A stretch of 64,000 nt of DNA from a virus. The translations under genes were made by a program, and so were the position numbers. The notes beneath the pieces are model-generated. The model worked only from the letters and a program-made list of their open reading frames with translations, did not search any database and was not told the DNA's origin. Shown in pieces: positions 61,918 to 64,000 of this stretch. Within the stretch, counting starts at the first letter, position 1; the number at the start of each line of letters is the position of its first letter. The stretch lies in IMG/VR virus record IMGVR_UViG_3300046007_008377, positions 5,009 through 69,008 of that record. One strand, written 5' to 3'.

Positions 61918-62535
61918 ATGGCAACAATCAAATTAAAAGATGAAAGTGAAAAATCCTTTTCAATAGACGGGATTTCTTACACAAAAGGAGATTACAGATT
62001 GCAGTACAATGCAAAAAAACAAATTTTAATAATTCCTAAAGCAGTAGCTAATTTATCAAATTTATCAGGGCTACCATTTAAAACCCCTATGGCTTGGACT
62101 TATTTTGTAGACTTAAATGACGAACCATACGCTTCTTTTGAGGAATTTTCATTAGCAATTTCTGATGCTATAAATTTTAATTCGGGTGAAGCGACACCCC
62201 AATATAAAGTATACTCAGCTTTAATTAGTCAGTCAGGTACTAATGCTCCTACATTAGTTGTATTACAAAATACTTTAGAGCAAACCGTTACTCCTAACGC
62301 ATATAGTTCGCCAGGAAGATATTCATTATCTGTGTCTGGTAATATTTTATTAAATAATAAAACTTGGTATACTATTACAAATGATAATAATAACAGAACA
62401 ATTGCGTATATAGATAAGTCAAATTCTTTAGGAAACACATCTATTGTTACAATTGATACTTTTAGTTTTATATCGTCGGCGTATGGGGACGGCATTTTGC
62501 AATCTACCCCTTTAGAAATAAGAGTGTATAATTAA
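61918..62535 (+). CDS. Structural protein with candidate -1 frameshift
   Basis: C-domain YKVYSALISQSGTNAP...LEIRVYN paralogous to 45891. Confidence 0.55.
   Translation: MATIKLKDESEKSFSIDGISYTKGDYRLQYNAKKQILIIPKAVANLSNLSGLPFKTPMAWTYFVDLNDEPYASFEEFSLAISDAINFNSGEATPQYKVYSALISQSGTNAPTLVVLQNTLEQTVTPNAYSSPGRYSLSVSGNILLNNKTWYTITNDNNNRTIAYIDKSNSLGNTSIVTIDTFSFISSAYGDGILQSTPLEIRVYN
62172..62199 (+). promoter_or_regulatory. Candidate programmed -1 ribosomal frameshift (A_AAU_UUU plus hairpin)
   Basis: Heptamer 62172-62178, 5-nt spacer, GGGTG-aagcga-CACCC; -1 frame stop TAA 62178-62180. Confidence 0.55.
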
Positions 62536-62553
62536 ATTATAAAAACAAAAATT

Positions 62554-62781
62554 ATGTCAAAAGCAAAGAAAAAAGTAAAAGATGCAATAAAAGTAATTCC
62601 AACAAGAATAGAGTTGGTTCAAGCAAAAATTCCTTTTAAAGTAGAAGGAGCAAATGTTTATTTTTCTATAAAAGAGCTAAAAAAAGAATATCCATTTTTG
62701 ACAAATCACGATTTTGACAAAAAGAAATTTGAAGATGATTTTGTTGGAATTATGATTAGCGACCTTATAATAGAAAAATAA
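62554..62781 (+). CDS. Hypothetical protein
   Basis: 75 aa ORF. Confidence 0.6.
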   Translation: MSKAKKKVKDAIKVIPTRIELVQAKIPFKVEGANVYFSIKELKKEYPFLTNHDFDKKKFEDDFVGIMISDLIIEK

Positions 62782-62857
62782 TATCAAAATTCATTCTATA
62801 ATAGATTTTTTATATATTTGCTTAATAAATTAACAGCAGTCATTAGTTAAAAAAAAT

Positions 62858-63238
62858 ATGCCAGACCTAGTTAAAAAAATTTTTGTGAAAGCGCCAAATG
62901 CTATTGAGGTAAATAATACAGAACAAGATTCCGTTAAGAAGAAGGTAATGGTAAAAATTTCAAGGGCAGAGCTTGAAAAAGCAGCAAAAATAAGAAGAGA
63001 TGAAATTATAAGAAAAAAAGATTCTATTATAAATAGAAGTTTCAATGCGACTAATTTTAATAAGGAGAATCCTTTAACTAAAGAAGAATATAATAAGGTT
63101 GCTAGTCAAGCTGCTAAAGTAAAGACAATAGAAGTTGATTGTAAAAATATTGGTTCTTCTTATAAAAGAGGCAAAACAACAGGATCTTGTGTTTCAGGCG
63201 AAACTTATAAAGGACAATCATTAAAAGACACAGATTAA
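62858..63238 (+). CDS. Hypothetical protein
   Basis: 126 aa, preceded by TATATTTG at 62813-62820. Confidence 0.55.
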   Translation: MPDLVKKIFVKAPNAIEVNNTEQDSVKKKVMVKISRAELEKAAKIRRDEIIRKKDSIINRSFNATNFNKENPLTKEEYNKVASQAAKVKTIEVDCKNIGSSYKRGKTTGSCVSGETYKGQSLKDTD

Positions 63239-63284
63239 AATAAAATTAAAATAAAATTAAATTCAAATCTAAATTCAAATTAAA

Positions 63285-64000
63285 ATGTCAGAAGAAATAG
63301 AAAAACAAGAATCTACCCAAGTTGTAGAAACAATTGCAGAGCAACCAGTAATAGAATCTACAAAGCAATGGACTGTAGTAGACGATTCTCCTGAATTTCA
63401 CCCTTCTTTTTTACAACAATCAAAAGAAAATCAAATTACAGAAGATGTTGTTGCTAAAAAACAAATTGAACAAGAAGCTTCTTCTGAATATATAGAGCTT
63501 GACGAGAACTACGCTCTTAAATATTTAGCAGAAAAAAAAGGAATGACTGTTGAGGAATTTGAAGATTCTTTAAAACCTAAAGATTCTGCTAAATTAGATC
63601 CTGAAACTGAAAAGTATTTAGAGTACAAAAAAGAAACAGGCAGAAGCTATAATGACTTTTTGGAAACTCAAAAAGACTGGTCGGCCGAGCCAAAAGAAAA
63701 CATTCTGTTGCAAAATCTAAGATTGGATAATCCAACTCTTAATGATAGGCAAATTGAAAGATTGTATAATAAAGAATATGTTATTTCCGAATTTGCTGAC
63801 GATGATGAAATCACAGACAAGGAAATCAATATAGAAAGAGATTATCAAAAAGGCCTTGCGCTTTTAGAAAGTCAAAAAGAAAAGTATAAATCCGTTAAGG
63901 GTCTTAACGAATCGATACCAGAAGATTTTGTAAAAGCAAAAGAATTTGCTGATAATTTCATAAAACAACAAGAAGAAAATAAAGTTGCTTTTGAACAGAC
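63285..64000 (+). CDS. Acidic scaffold-like protein (3' truncated)
   Basis: MSEEIEKQESTQ... open to window end; E-rich N-terminus, YKKETGRSYNDF motif; position after portal. Confidence 0.55.
   Translation, partial: MSEEIEKQESTQVVETIAEQPVIESTKQWTVVDDSPEFHPSFLQQSKENQITEDVVAKKQIEQEASSEYIELDENYALKYLAEKKGMTVEEFEDSLKPKDSAKLDPETEKYLEYKKETGRSYNDFLETQKDWSAEPKENILLQNLRLDNPTLNDRQIERLYNKEYVISEFADDDEITDKEINIERDYQKGLALLESQKEKYKSVKGLNESIPEDFVKAKEFADNFIKQQEENKVAFEQ

Noticed and set aside
1-64000. Alternative genetic code, DGR, retron or introns
   Set aside because: Long ORFs are intact under the standard code; no reverse transcriptase motif, TR/VR pair or split conserved gene was seen.

Overview
AT-rich (roughly 30% GC by eye) segment of a tailed phage genome. 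The host is most likely Bacteroidota/Flavobacteriaceae: TAnnTTTG -7 promoter boxes recur, translation starts are A-rich without Shine-Dalgarno sequences, and there is a DUF3127-like SSB. Left to right: (1) podovirus-type tail stabilisation gene, GNAT-like gene and four putative ejected/internal virion proteins (279, 509, 1376 and 2718 aa; the last has an SF2 Strawberry-notch-type helicase), with a ferritin gene between the two largest; (2) minus-strand replication/recombination module (NinG-like, initiator, SSB, HNH, exonuclease, RecT, Xis-like HTH); (3) candidate attP, secreted protein, DNA methyltransferase and tyrosine integrase, indicating a temperate phage; (4) minus-strand cluster of small 'early' genes, then about 1 kb non-coding DNA that may be the physical genome end, then an 11-bp repeat array; (5) small plus-strand genes with a tRNA-like element and HU; (6) minus-strand tail tubular protein, GroES and GroEL; (7) fibre/decoration genes, lysis cassette, GroES-like protein, terminase, portal and a truncated scaffold-like gene. 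The most unusual signals are non-protein or recoding features: two matching A_AAU_UUU -1 frameshift cassettes at domain junctions of structural genes, a tRNA-like RNA with no anticodon arm, an early region enriched in CCWGG/CCGG/GATC palindromes with a sharp right edge, three leader RNAs with the same 5'-end/loop pairing architecture, and small ORFs nested in the +1 frame of the giant virion genes. All calls come from motifs read by eye; no searches were run and counts are manual.
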